In this document: positions 44,461 through 52,647 of the stretch, one piece after another | Layout of the letters: each line of letters begins with the position of its first letter | Position numbering within the stretch: the stretch's first letter is position 1 | NCBI GenBank assembly: GCA_030066215.1 | Contig: JASJCA010000004.1 | Location: forward strand, 1,762-65,761 | Direction: 5' to 3' | Origin: Rhodobacter sp. | GTDB lineage: Bacteria; Pseudomonadota; Alphaproteobacteria; Rhodobacterales; Rhodobacteraceae | Length of the DNA stretch: 64,000 bases | Position numbers and translations under genes: made by a program | Notes under the pieces: generated by a model | What the model saw: only the letters and a program-made list of their open reading frames with translations | Databases searched by the model: none | What the model was told of the DNA's origin: nothing

Positions 44461-45156
44461 ATGCTGCAGCTCGACGCCATCGACACCGGATACGGGCAGG
44501 CCCAGGTTCTGCGCAGTCTGTCGCTGAGCGTCGAGGCAGGCGAGATCCACTGCCTCCTGGGCCGCAACGGCGCCGGCAAAACCACGACGATGCGGGCGGT
44601 CACCGGCCTGATGCCGCTTTGGGCCGGGCGCATCGCGCTCGACGGCGCCGAGATCGGCGCGCTGCCCGCCCAGGACCGCGCCAGGACCGGGATCGGTTAT
44701 GTGCCCCAGGGGCGGCGCCTCTTCACCGAGCTCACCGTGGCCCAGAACCTCGAGATTGGGCTGATGACGCGCGGATCGGGCGCGGAAGTGCGCGACAGGG
44801 TGCTCGACCTCTTCCCGCGCCTGCGCGAGCGCCTGGACCAGCGCGCCCAGACCCTATCGGGCGGCGAACAGCAGATGCTCGCCACCGCCCGCGCACTCTG
44901 CACCCGGCCCAAGGTCTTGTTGCTAGACGAGCCGACCGAGGGCCTGCAGCCGTCGATGATCGAGGCGATCCGCAGCGTCATCACGCGGCTGCGCGACGAC
45001 GGTACCGCGGTGCTGCTGGTCGAGCAGAGGATCGACGCCGTGCTCTCGGTTGCCGACCGGGTCACCTTCATCGAAAACGGCCGCAGCCGCGAGACATTTG
45101 CCGCGGCGGACCTCAGCGCACAGCATGAGATCATCGACCGTTACTTGGGCGTCTGA
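44461..45156 (+). CDS. ABC transporter ATP-binding protein (LivF-type)
   Basis: ORF 44461..45156(+). GRNGAGKTT, LSGGEQQML, LLLDEPTEG. The start abuts the previous stop. Confidence 0.88.
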   Translation: MLQLDAIDTGYGQAQVLRSLSLSVEAGEIHCLLGRNGAGKTTTMRAVTGLMPLWAGRIALDGAEIGALPAQDRARTGIGYVPQGRRLFTELTVAQNLEIGLMTRGSGAEVRDRVLDLFPRLRERLDQRAQTLSGGEQQMLATARALCTRPKVLLLDEPTEGLQPSMIEAIRSVITRLRDDGTAVLLVEQRIDAVLSVADRVTFIENGRSRETFAAADLSAQHEIIDRYLGV

Positions 45157-45239
45157 CCTTCGCGAGACGCTTGGGGCTGCGTGGCCACATTGACAGCCCC
45201 AATACCCGGACGCAGACTTCCCGCAATGGGAGCACAGGC

Positions 45240-46088
45240 GTGAGCTATCATCGACCAGCCGACCTGGGCGAGGCCCTCAGTGTCCTTTCCGAGGGCGCGC
45301 AGTGCATCGCCGCCGGCTGCACCGACCTTTATCCCGCCACCCCGGCCAAGGCGCTGCCGGGACCGGTGCTCGACATCACCGCGATCGAGGCGTTGCGCGG
45401 CATCGCCCGCACCGCCGAGGGCTGGCGCCTCGGCGCCACGACCACTTGGACCGACATCCTCGACTCCAGCCTGCCGCCAGCCTTCGACAGCCTGAAATTC
45501 GCCGCCCGTGAGATCGGCTCCGTCCAGATCCAGAACGCCGGAACCGTCGCCGGCAACCTCTGCACCGCCTCGCCTGCCGCCGACAGCGTGCCCTGCCTGC
45601 TAACCTTGGACGCCGAGGTCGAGTTGCAATCCGCCGCCGGTATCCGCACTCTGCCGCTCGCCAAGTTCATCACACGTCCGCGCCAGACCGCGAGGCGACC
45701 CGACGAGCTGATCACTGCCGTCTTGGTTCCTGAAACCGCTGCGCAAGGTACCAGCCACTTCCTGAAACTCGGCGCGCGGAAATACCTGATAATCTCGATC
45801 GTCATGTCCGCCGCGCGCCTCGTCATCGAAGACGGTTGCATTACCGAAGCCGCCCTCGCCATCGGCGCCTGCAGCCCTGTTGCCACCCGTCTGCCCGAGC
45901 AAGAGGCCGCCCTCATCGGCCATCAGCTCTCGAACGCAGCGCACCGTGTCGACGAGGCGCTTGTCGCACCGCGCCTGTCCCCAATCGACGACATCCGCGC
46001 TGACACCGCCTTTCGCCGACATGCGGCCACGGAGCTCTTGCGCCGCACGCTGGCCGAACTGTCCACACCGGCCGAGGCCGCGGCATGA
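45240..46088 (+). CDS. FAD-binding subunit of an xanthine dehydrogenase/CO dehydrogenase-family molybdoenzyme (CoxM/XdhB-type)
   Basis: ORF 45171..46088(+). I prefer GTG 45240 after GGGAGC; TTG 45171 is the alternative. SYHRPADLGEALSVLSEGAQCIAAGCTDLYPA...VQIQNAGTVAGNLC. Confidence 0.8.
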   Translation: MSYHRPADLGEALSVLSEGAQCIAAGCTDLYPATPAKALPGPVLDITAIEALRGIARTAEGWRLGATTTWTDILDSSLPPAFDSLKFAAREIGSVQIQNAGTVAGNLCTASPAADSVPCLLTLDAEVELQSAAGIRTLPLAKFITRPRQTARRPDELITAVLVPETAAQGTSHFLKLGARKYLIISIVMSAARLVIEDGCITEAALAIGACSPVATRLPEQEAALIGHQLSNAAHRVDEALVAPRLSPIDDIRADTAFRRHAATELLRRTLAELSTPAEAAA

Positions 46089-48808
46089 ACCGTCCGTTCG
46101 GCACGCTCACGCTCAGCGTCAACGGGACGCCCCGGACCGCCGCAGCTGCGCCCGGGCGCCGTCTGTCGGAGGTTCTGCGCGAAGATCTGCAGCTCTTTGG
46201 CACCAAGATCGGCTGCGACGCCGGCGATTGCGGCGCCTGTACCGTGCTGATCGACGGCGCGCCGGTCTGCGCCTGCCTGACCCCGGCGGTCCGTGCCACC
46301 GGCTGCGAGATCACCACCGTCGAGGGTCTCTCCGACCCAGAGGCCAATGCGTTGCAGCGGGCCTTTCTACGCCACGGTGCGGCGCAATGCGGGATCTGCA
46401 CGCCGGGTATGCTGATGGCCGCCACCGCGCTGTTGCAGGACACGCCGCGCCCGACGCGTGCGCAGGTCGAGGAGGCCCTTGGCGGTGTGCTCTGCCGCTG
46501 CACCGGCTACGCCAAGATCGTCGACGCGGTGCTGGATGCCCACCACCTACCCGCCACAGCGCCGGCGCCAGAGGCCGGGTGGGCAGTCGGCGCCAGGCTG
46601 GAACGCCTCGACGGCGTGCCCAAGGTGCTCGGCACCGAGATCTACGGCGCCGACCACCGGCCCGCCGATACGCTCGAGGTCCGCGCCATCCGCTCGCCGC
46701 ACCACGCCGCACGGTTCGAGATCGGCGATACCGCAGCCTGGGCCAGCCGCGCACCGGGCAAGATCCACGTCTTCACCGCCGCGGACATCCCCGGTCGTAA
46801 CCGTTTCGGCGCGATCCCGCCTTTCGCCGATCAGCCCGCCTTGGCGGAGGCCCACACCCGCCAGCGTGGCGAGGCAATCGCCATCGTCGTCGGCGACACC
46901 GCCACGCTCGACGCCCTCGACGTCACGACCTTCCCCGTCGCGTGGACGCCTCAGCCCCACGCCGCCGACCTCGACGGCCAGGCCGCGCAGTTGCACGACA
47001 CCCGGCCCGACAACCTGCTAATCGCCGGCGTCGTACGCACCGGCGACCCGGACACCGCTCTGGCGTGGTCCGCCCACACCGCCGAGGTCCGAATCGAGAC
47101 GCCCTATGTCGAGCACGCCTATATTGAGCCCGAGGCCGGCATCGCCTGGCTCGACGGTGAGACTCTTTGTATTCAGGCCTGTACACAAGCGCCGGTGATG
47201 GACCGCGACGACACCGCCCGGATCCTAGGACTGCCGCCCGACAAGGTCCGGATTATTCCTGCGGTGGCCGGTGGCGGGTTTGGGTCGAAACTCGATCTGT
47301 CGCTGCAGCCGCTGATTGGCCTCGCTGCGCTGAAGACCGGCCGGCCCTGCCGCATGGTCTACACCCGGGCAGAATCGATGGCCTCGACCACCAAGCGCCA
47401 CCCCGCGCGGATGACCGCGCGGATCGGCTGCGACGCCGAGGGCCATGTGACCGCGATGACCTTCGACGGCGATTTCAACACCGGCGCCTATGCCAGTTGG
47501 GGACCCACCGTGGCGGTGCGCGTGCCCGTCCATGCCTCGGGCCCCTACAAGACGCCAAGCTACGCCGCCGAGGCGCGGGCAATCCACACCAACGGGCCCA
47601 CGGCGGGCGCCTTCCGTGGCTTCGGCGTGCCGCAGGCGGCGATCGTCCAGGAAACGCTCTATGACGACCTGGCCATCGCCGCCGGCATCGACCGGCTCGC
47701 CTTTCGCCGCCGGAACGCGCTGCGGGACGGCGATCGCTCGGTCTGCGGCCAGGTCCTGCACGGCGTCGGCATCGTCGCCTGCCTCGATGCGCTGCACGAC
47801 CCCTGGCACCAGGCGTTGCACGAGGCCCAGGCCTTCAACGCCCAGGACGGCGCGGTCCGCCGCGGCGTCGGCGTCGCCGCGTGCTGGTACGGCTGCGGCA
47901 ATACCGGCCTGCCGAACCCCTCGACGATCCGGATCGGCATCACCGCCGACGGCCGGCTGGTGCTGCACCAGGGCGCCACCGATATCGGCCAGGGCGCCAA
48001 CACGGTGATCGCCCAGATCGCCGCCGATGCGCTCGGCCTGCCGGTCGGCCAGATCCACCTGATCGGCCCCGACACCGCGCTGACGCCCGATTGCGGCAAG
48101 ACCTCGGCCAGCCGCCAGACCTATGTCACGGGCAAGGCCGCGCTGCGCGCCGCCGAGGCCCTGCGCCGCGATATCCTCGCCCGCACGAACATGGGCGACG
48201 CGGCGCGGCTGGACCTGAACGGCAGCACCCTGACCCTGACCGACGGCGCCGCCACGCACGACCTGCAGCTTGCGCGCCTCGCCGCCGGCCCCGACGGCTA
48301 TGTCCTCAGCGCCGAAGAGACCTACGACCCGCCCACCGAAGCACTCGACGCCGACGGCCAGGGCAAACCTTACGCGGTCTACGGCTACGGCGCCCAGATC
48401 GCCGAGGTCGCGGTCGACACCCGGCTCGGCACCGTCAAGGCGCGCCGCATCACCGCCGCCCATGATGTCGGGCGCGTCATCAACCCGCTCTTGGCCGAGG
48501 GGCAGGTCGAGGGCGGCATCGCCCAGGGCCTCGGCATGGCGCTGATGGAGGAGTATCTGCCGGGGCGCACCGAGAACCTGCACGACTATCTGATCCCGAC
48601 CGTCGGCGATATGCCCGAGATCCGTTCGATTTTCGTCGAGGTGCCGGACCCAGAGGGGCCGATGGGCCTAAAAGGCCTGGGCGAGCACGTACTGATCCCC
48701 ACCGCGCCGGCGATCCTGAACGCCATCCGCCATGCCACCGGCGCGCGCCTCACCCGGCTGCCGGCGCTGCCGCACCGGGTGCTCGCCGCCATCAGGGCGG
48801 CCAGATGA
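46085..48808 (+). CDS. fused [2Fe-2S] small subunit + molybdopterin-binding large subunit of an XDH/aldehyde-oxidase-family hydroxylase
   Basis: ORF 46085..48808(+), 907 aa. ATGA overlap upstream. The N-terminus has GCDAGDCGACTV and GAAQCGICTPGM...CRCTGY (two 2Fe-2S motifs). The remainder is the a/b-hammerhead and Moco domain (AGAFRGFGVPQ...). Confidence 0.85.
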   Translation: MNRPFGTLTLSVNGTPRTAAAAPGRRLSEVLREDLQLFGTKIGCDAGDCGACTVLIDGAPVCACLTPAVRATGCEITTVEGLSDPEANALQRAFLRHGAAQCGICTPGMLMAATALLQDTPRPTRAQVEEALGGVLCRCTGYAKIVDAVLDAHHLPATAPAPEAGWAVGARLERLDGVPKVLGTEIYGADHRPADTLEVRAIRSPHHAARFEIGDTAAWASRAPGKIHVFTAADIPGRNRFGAIPPFADQPALAEAHTRQRGEAIAIVVGDTATLDALDVTTFPVAWTPQPHAADLDGQAAQLHDTRPDNLLIAGVVRTGDPDTALAWSAHTAEVRIETPYVEHAYIEPEAGIAWLDGETLCIQACTQAPVMDRDDTARILGLPPDKVRIIPAVAGGGFGSKLDLSLQPLIGLAALKTGRPCRMVYTRAESMASTTKRHPARMTARIGCDAEGHVTAMTFDGDFNTGAYASWGPTVAVRVPVHASGPYKTPSYAAEARAIHTNGPTAGAFRGFGVPQAAIVQETLYDDLAIAAGIDRLAFRRRNALRDGDRSVCGQVLHGVGIVACLDALHDPWHQALHEAQAFNAQDGAVRRGVGVAACWYGCGNTGLPNPSTIRIGITADGRLVLHQGATDIGQGANTVIAQIAADALGLPVGQIHLIGPDTALTPDCGKTSASRQTYVTGKAALRAAEALRRDILARTNMGDAARLDLNGSTLTLTDGAATHDLQLARLAAGPDGYVLSAEETYDPPTEALDADGQGKPYAVYGYGAQIAEVAVDTRLGTVKARRITAAHDVGRVINPLLAEGQVEGGIAQGLGMALMEEYLPGRTENLHDYLIPTVGDMPEIRSIFVEVPDPEGPMGLKGLGEHVLIPTAPAILNAIRHATGARLTRLPALPHRVLAAIRAAR

Positions 48809-50286
48809 CCACGCGCGCCGATCCTTCGTCCGGCGAAATCCCGCGCAAGCGGCCCGAAAAGATCCGCTGCGATGCTTGCCCGGTGATGTGCTACGTCGCC
48901 GATGGCCAGACCGGCGCTTGCGACCGCTACGCCAACCAGGACGGCCGGATCGTGCGCTGCGACCCGCTGACCATCGTCGACAAGCGGCTTGCCGCGGGTG
49001 AAGATCTGGTGCCGTTTCTCGCCAAGGACTGGGACGGCGGCATCGTCCCCACCGACGCGCTGACCGTCACCGCCATCGGCGCCGGCACCACCTATCCCGA
49101 TTACAAGCCAGCGCCCTTCATCATCTCGCGCGAAGTCGACGGCGTCGATTTCGTCACCGTCGTAACCGAGGCGATCTTCAGCTATTGCGGGGTCAAGGTG
49201 AAGATCGACACCGACCGGCATCTCGGGCCCGAAGGCGCGGTGGTGCGGGCCGGGGGCGAGGCCGTGGGTCTTGTGATCACATCTGAATACGGCTCGCAGA
49301 TACTGTCGCTTGGTGGGGTCGACCACCTGACCGGCGGATCGAAGTCCGAGGGCCGGGTGACCTGCGACGCGCTGCTGCGGCTTTGCAACCGCGAGGCCGT
49401 GGCGCTGACCATCGACGGCGGCGCCGAGGTGGTGGTGCAGGCCGGCGCGGCGCCGATTGTCGACGGGGTGCGCGAGGACCGGATGCGGGTCGGTTGCGGT
49501 TCGGCCACGATCGGGATGTTCGCCAGTCAGTGGCAGGGGCTCGTCGACGAGGTGGTGATCGTCGACGACCACATCACCGGCGTGGTGTCGGAGCACCAGG
49601 CCGGCAAGGTGATCGGCTGGCCCGATACCGGCATCCGGATCAAGGGACGCCGCTCGACGCCGGGGCGGTATTTTCAGGTCGCCAAGCCCGGCCGCGGCTG
49701 GGGCGGCACCGACATCGAGGACCCGCTGACCATCCTCGGCCCCTGGCGGCCGGAGAAGGGCGCGCGGCCGGGGTTGACCCTGCTGATGGTCTCGACCACC
49801 GGCGAGCAATGGGGCTACTACGTGCTCGACAACGCTCTGGTGCCGCGGCCGGCCGAGTTGCCGACCGCGCTGACCGCGACGGTCGACCTGATTGCTGAAA
49901 ACTGCGAACCGGCGCTGTGCACGGTGCTGTTCATGGGCGGGGCCGGGGGCTCGCTGCGCGCCGGGGTGACTGCGAACCCGATCAAGTTAACCCAATCGGT
50001 GCAAGCGCTTAAGACCAATGTGACGGTGGGTGGAGCGACCACATATGTCTGGCCTGGAGGCGGCATTACGATCATGGCGGACGTGACACAGATGCCTGAT
50101 AACGCCTTCGGCTATGTGCCCACGCCGGCCCTTGTCGCACCGCTGGAATTCACCCTCAGCCGCGCGGACTACCGGGCGCTCGGCGGCCACGACGCGGCGG
50201 TGCGTGACATGGCCGACGTCCTTGAGAAGGGCGGCGAATACGGCGCGGCGGTGCGGGGCGTGGGCCCCGTGACCGGCAACGACTGA
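48805..50286 (+). CDS. 6-hydroxynicotinate reductase-like Fe-S protein
   Basis: ORF 48805..50286(+), 493 aa. ATGA overlap upstream. N-terminal Cys cluster KIRCDACPVMCYVADGQTGACDRY (C-x2-C-x3-C-x9-C). I recall proteobacterial proteins opening this way being annotated by homology to Eubacterium barkeri Hnr. This assignment is from memory, not from a search. Confidence 0.55.
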   Translation: MTTRADPSSGEIPRKRPEKIRCDACPVMCYVADGQTGACDRYANQDGRIVRCDPLTIVDKRLAAGEDLVPFLAKDWDGGIVPTDALTVTAIGAGTTYPDYKPAPFIISREVDGVDFVTVVTEAIFSYCGVKVKIDTDRHLGPEGAVVRAGGEAVGLVITSEYGSQILSLGGVDHLTGGSKSEGRVTCDALLRLCNREAVALTIDGGAEVVVQAGAAPIVDGVREDRMRVGCGSATIGMFASQWQGLVDEVVIVDDHITGVVSEHQAGKVIGWPDTGIRIKGRRSTPGRYFQVAKPGRGWGGTDIEDPLTILGPWRPEKGARPGLTLLMVSTTGEQWGYYVLDNALVPRPAELPTALTATVDLIAENCEPALCTVLFMGGAGGSLRAGVTANPIKLTQSVQALKTNVTVGGATTYVWPGGGITIMADVTQMPDNAFGYVPTPALVAPLEFTLSRADYRALGGHDAAVRDMADVLEKGGEYGAAVRGVGPVTGND

Positions 50287-50287
50287 G

Positions 50288-51136
50288 ATGCAACGCGCAT
50301 ACGCCGCGATGCTGCCCGACGGCAAGCGGCTGCACCTGCAGCACGGACCGATCGACCTGATTGTCGAGGCGGCCGGCAAGGGCCGGCAAGAGGCTTTTGC
50401 CCGCGCAGTAGAACGGTTCGAAACGGTGCTGGAGGAGCTTGTCTCGGAGCTGTCTGTATTGCGTCTGCAAAACGTCGGTATAACGTCGGTGCAAGGCGCG
50501 GTCGCCCGGCGCATGGCGGTGGCCGTCGCACCGTTCTTTGGCACCTTCGTCACGCCGATGGCCGCCGTTGCCGGAGCTGTTGCCGACGAAATCCTCTCCG
50601 TGATCACAACCACTCCGGAAATCAGCAAGGCCTATGTCAACAACGGCGGCGACATCGCCGTTCACCTCGGCCCCGGCGAGAGCTTTCAGGCCGCTATTGC
50701 CGCGTCCCTGCCGGCCAAGGTTACCCTTGCAGCCGATATGCCGGTGCGCGGATTGGCCACCTCCGGCTGGCGCGGGCGGTCGCATTCGCTGGGCATCGCG
50801 GACAGCGTCACAGTCTTGGCGGCCAATGCTGCCACTGCCGACGCCGCCGCCACCTTGATCGCCAATTCCGTCGATCTGCCGCGCCATCCTGGCATTGAAC
50901 GGACCCCAGCAATTGACCTGACCCCGGACAGCGACCTCGGAAACCGCCGCGTCACCGTGGCCGTGCCCACCCTCTCTGCGTCCGAGCGTGCCAATGCCCT
51001 GAATCCAGGTCTCGCAAAAGCTCGGGCCTACCGCGATCGGGGGTTGATCGCTGCCGCCTACCTTGTGCTTCAAGGCGAGGTCTCGCAGACCGGGCATTTG
51101 ACACTGACCGCGGCCGGAACCGAGCCGGTGGCCTGA
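50288..51136 (+). CDS. UPF0280 family protein (ApbE-like superfamily, to my recollection)
   Basis: ORF 50288..51136(+), 282 aa. The start is 1 nt after the upstream stop. ...HLQHGPIDLIVEA...TPMAAVAGAVADEI...NNGGDIAV...SGWRGRSHSLGIADSVTVLA.... Confidence 0.55.
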   Translation: MQRAYAAMLPDGKRLHLQHGPIDLIVEAAGKGRQEAFARAVERFETVLEELVSELSVLRLQNVGITSVQGAVARRMAVAVAPFFGTFVTPMAAVAGAVADEILSVITTTPEISKAYVNNGGDIAVHLGPGESFQAAIAASLPAKVTLAADMPVRGLATSGWRGRSHSLGIADSVTVLAANAATADAAATLIANSVDLPRHPGIERTPAIDLTPDSDLGNRRVTVAVPTLSASERANALNPGLAKARAYRDRGLIAAAYLVLQGEVSQTGHLTLTAAGTEPVA

Positions 51137-51138
51137 CT

Positions 51139-51912
51139 TCACGCCACCGCGCTTTCTTCGCGCGCCTCGTCCATCAGTCGGCGCATTTCCTGAATCGCCG
51201 GAGCCAGCCCAAGAAAGATCGCCTCGCCGATCAGAAAATGGCCGATGTTGAGCTCCATCACTTCGGGAAACGCCGCCACCGGTTTGACCGTGTCATAGGT
51301 CAGGCCGTGGCCGGCGTGGACTTCCAGCCCAAGGGAATGAGCGAAGGCGGACATCTCGCGCAGGCGCTGCAGTTCGGCGTCGGCCTCGGTGAACCTGCCC
51401 TCGGCGAAGGCGTCACAATACGCTCCTGTATGCAGCTCGATCACATCGGCGCCAATCCGGTGGGCGGCTTCGATCTGCTTTCGGTCGGCGGCGATGAAGA
51501 TCGACACGCGACAGCCGGCATCCGCCAGAGGTGCCAAAAAATGCGCCAGCGAATTCTCTTCGCGCGCAACTTCCAGCCCGCCCTCGGTGGTGCGTTCCTC
51601 GCGTTTTTCCGGCACAATACAGACCGCATGCGGTTTGTGGCGCAACGCGATCGCCTGCATCTCGGGCGTCGCGGCCATCTCGAAATTCAGCGGCAGCGAC
51701 AGCGTCGCCATCAGCCGGTCGATGTCGTCGTCCGAGATGTGGCGGCGATCTTCGCGCAGGTGCGCCGTGATACCGTCGGCGCCGGCGTCTTCGGCCAGCT
51801 TGGCGGCGCGGATCGGGTCGGGATAGGCCGAGCCGCGGGCATTTCGCACCGTGGCCACGTGGTCGATATTCACGCCAAGCCTGAGCTTGCCCAAGGGTTT
51901 GACCGGAACCAT
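51139..51912 (-). CDS. pdxJ: pyridoxine 5'-phosphate synthase
   Basis: ORF 51139..51912(-). [22 protein letters not shown]...[12 protein letters not shown]...ELHTG...HAGHGL. Confidence 0.92.
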   Translation of the reverse strand: MVPVKPLGKLRLGVNIDHVATVRNARGSAYPDPIRAAKLAEDAGADGITAHLREDRRHISDDDIDRLMATLSLPLNFEMAATPEMQAIALRHKPHAVCIVPEKREERTTEGGLEVAREENSLAHFLAPLADAGCRVSIFIAADRKQIEAAHRIGADVIELHTGAYCDAFAEGRFTEADAELQRLREMSAFAHSLGLEVHAGHGLTYDTVKPVAAFPEVMELNIGHFLIGEAIFLGLAPAIQEMRRLMDEAREESAVA

Positions 51913-51976
51913 GTGCGCCTCCTTCCGCCGATGGCCCTAGTGTATCCGCCTTGTCCACTAGGTCAACGATTCTAAC

Positions 51977-52627
51977 CTAATCGGATTTCAATGGGATCCT
52001 GGCGCGGTCCACCGTCATTCGGCGCTTTTCGTACCGCGCCTTCAGCTTCTTTACCCGCCGCTTCTGATAGGCCCGCACCGCTGGCAGGGCCATCATGTAG
52101 GCTGCGACACCGGCGATGGTTCCGGGCACCAGCCCACCTACGGTGTAGGGCCAGAAGACCCGCCAGAAGAAGCCGCGCAGCTGGTCCCAATGCGCCACCT
52201 CGGCGGTGAAGATCGCGGTGAAATTGTGCCAAAGCTCCACCGAGGCCTGGCTGAACGCGCCGAACACCTCGGGCAGCGGAACGCCGCCGCGCATCCCCAG
52301 CATCCAGGTGCCGAGCTCCAGCGCCAAAGCGGCGATGAACGGAAAGGTGATCGGGTTGCCGAAGAAGGTCGCCAGAAGCGCTGCCAGGATGTTACCCTGC
52401 ATGACGAAGGCCAGGACCGCGGCACACACGAAATGAAAACCGAAGAACGGGGTGAAGCAGACGAAGACGCCGGCAGCGACGCCTCGGGCAATCTTGTGCG
52501 GCGGGTCGGGCAGGCGGCGCAAGCGGTGCACGACATATTCGACCGCGCGCCGCCAGCCGCCCTTGGGCCAGAACGCCTGGACCACGGCCTGAAGCCACGT
52601 GCGCGGATTGCGTCGTTTGAAGACCAC
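51977..52627 (-). CDS. DUF2062 domain membrane protein
   Basis: ORF 51977..52627(-), GTG start. ...HKIARGVAAGVFVCFTPFFGFHF.... Confidence 0.75.
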   Translation of the reverse strand: MVFKRRNPRTWLQAVVQAFWPKGGWRRAVEYVVHRLRRLPDPPHKIARGVAAGVFVCFTPFFGFHFVCAAVLAFVMQGNILAALLATFFGNPITFPFIAALALELGTWMLGMRGGVPLPEVFGAFSQASVELWHNFTAIFTAEVAHWDQLRGFFWRVFWPYTVGGLVPGTIAGVAAYMMALPAVRAYQKRRVKKLKARYEKRRMTVDRARIPLKSD

Positions 52628-52647
52628 TCTACGTCCCGGCCCCTATC

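Noticed and set aside
51134-51141. The convergent genes UPF0280 (+) and pdxJ (-) end with stop codons only 2 nt apart, leaving no room for terminators.
   Set aside because: This is a real observation, but such tight convergent junctions are common in compact GC-rich genomes. I see no specific functional signal.
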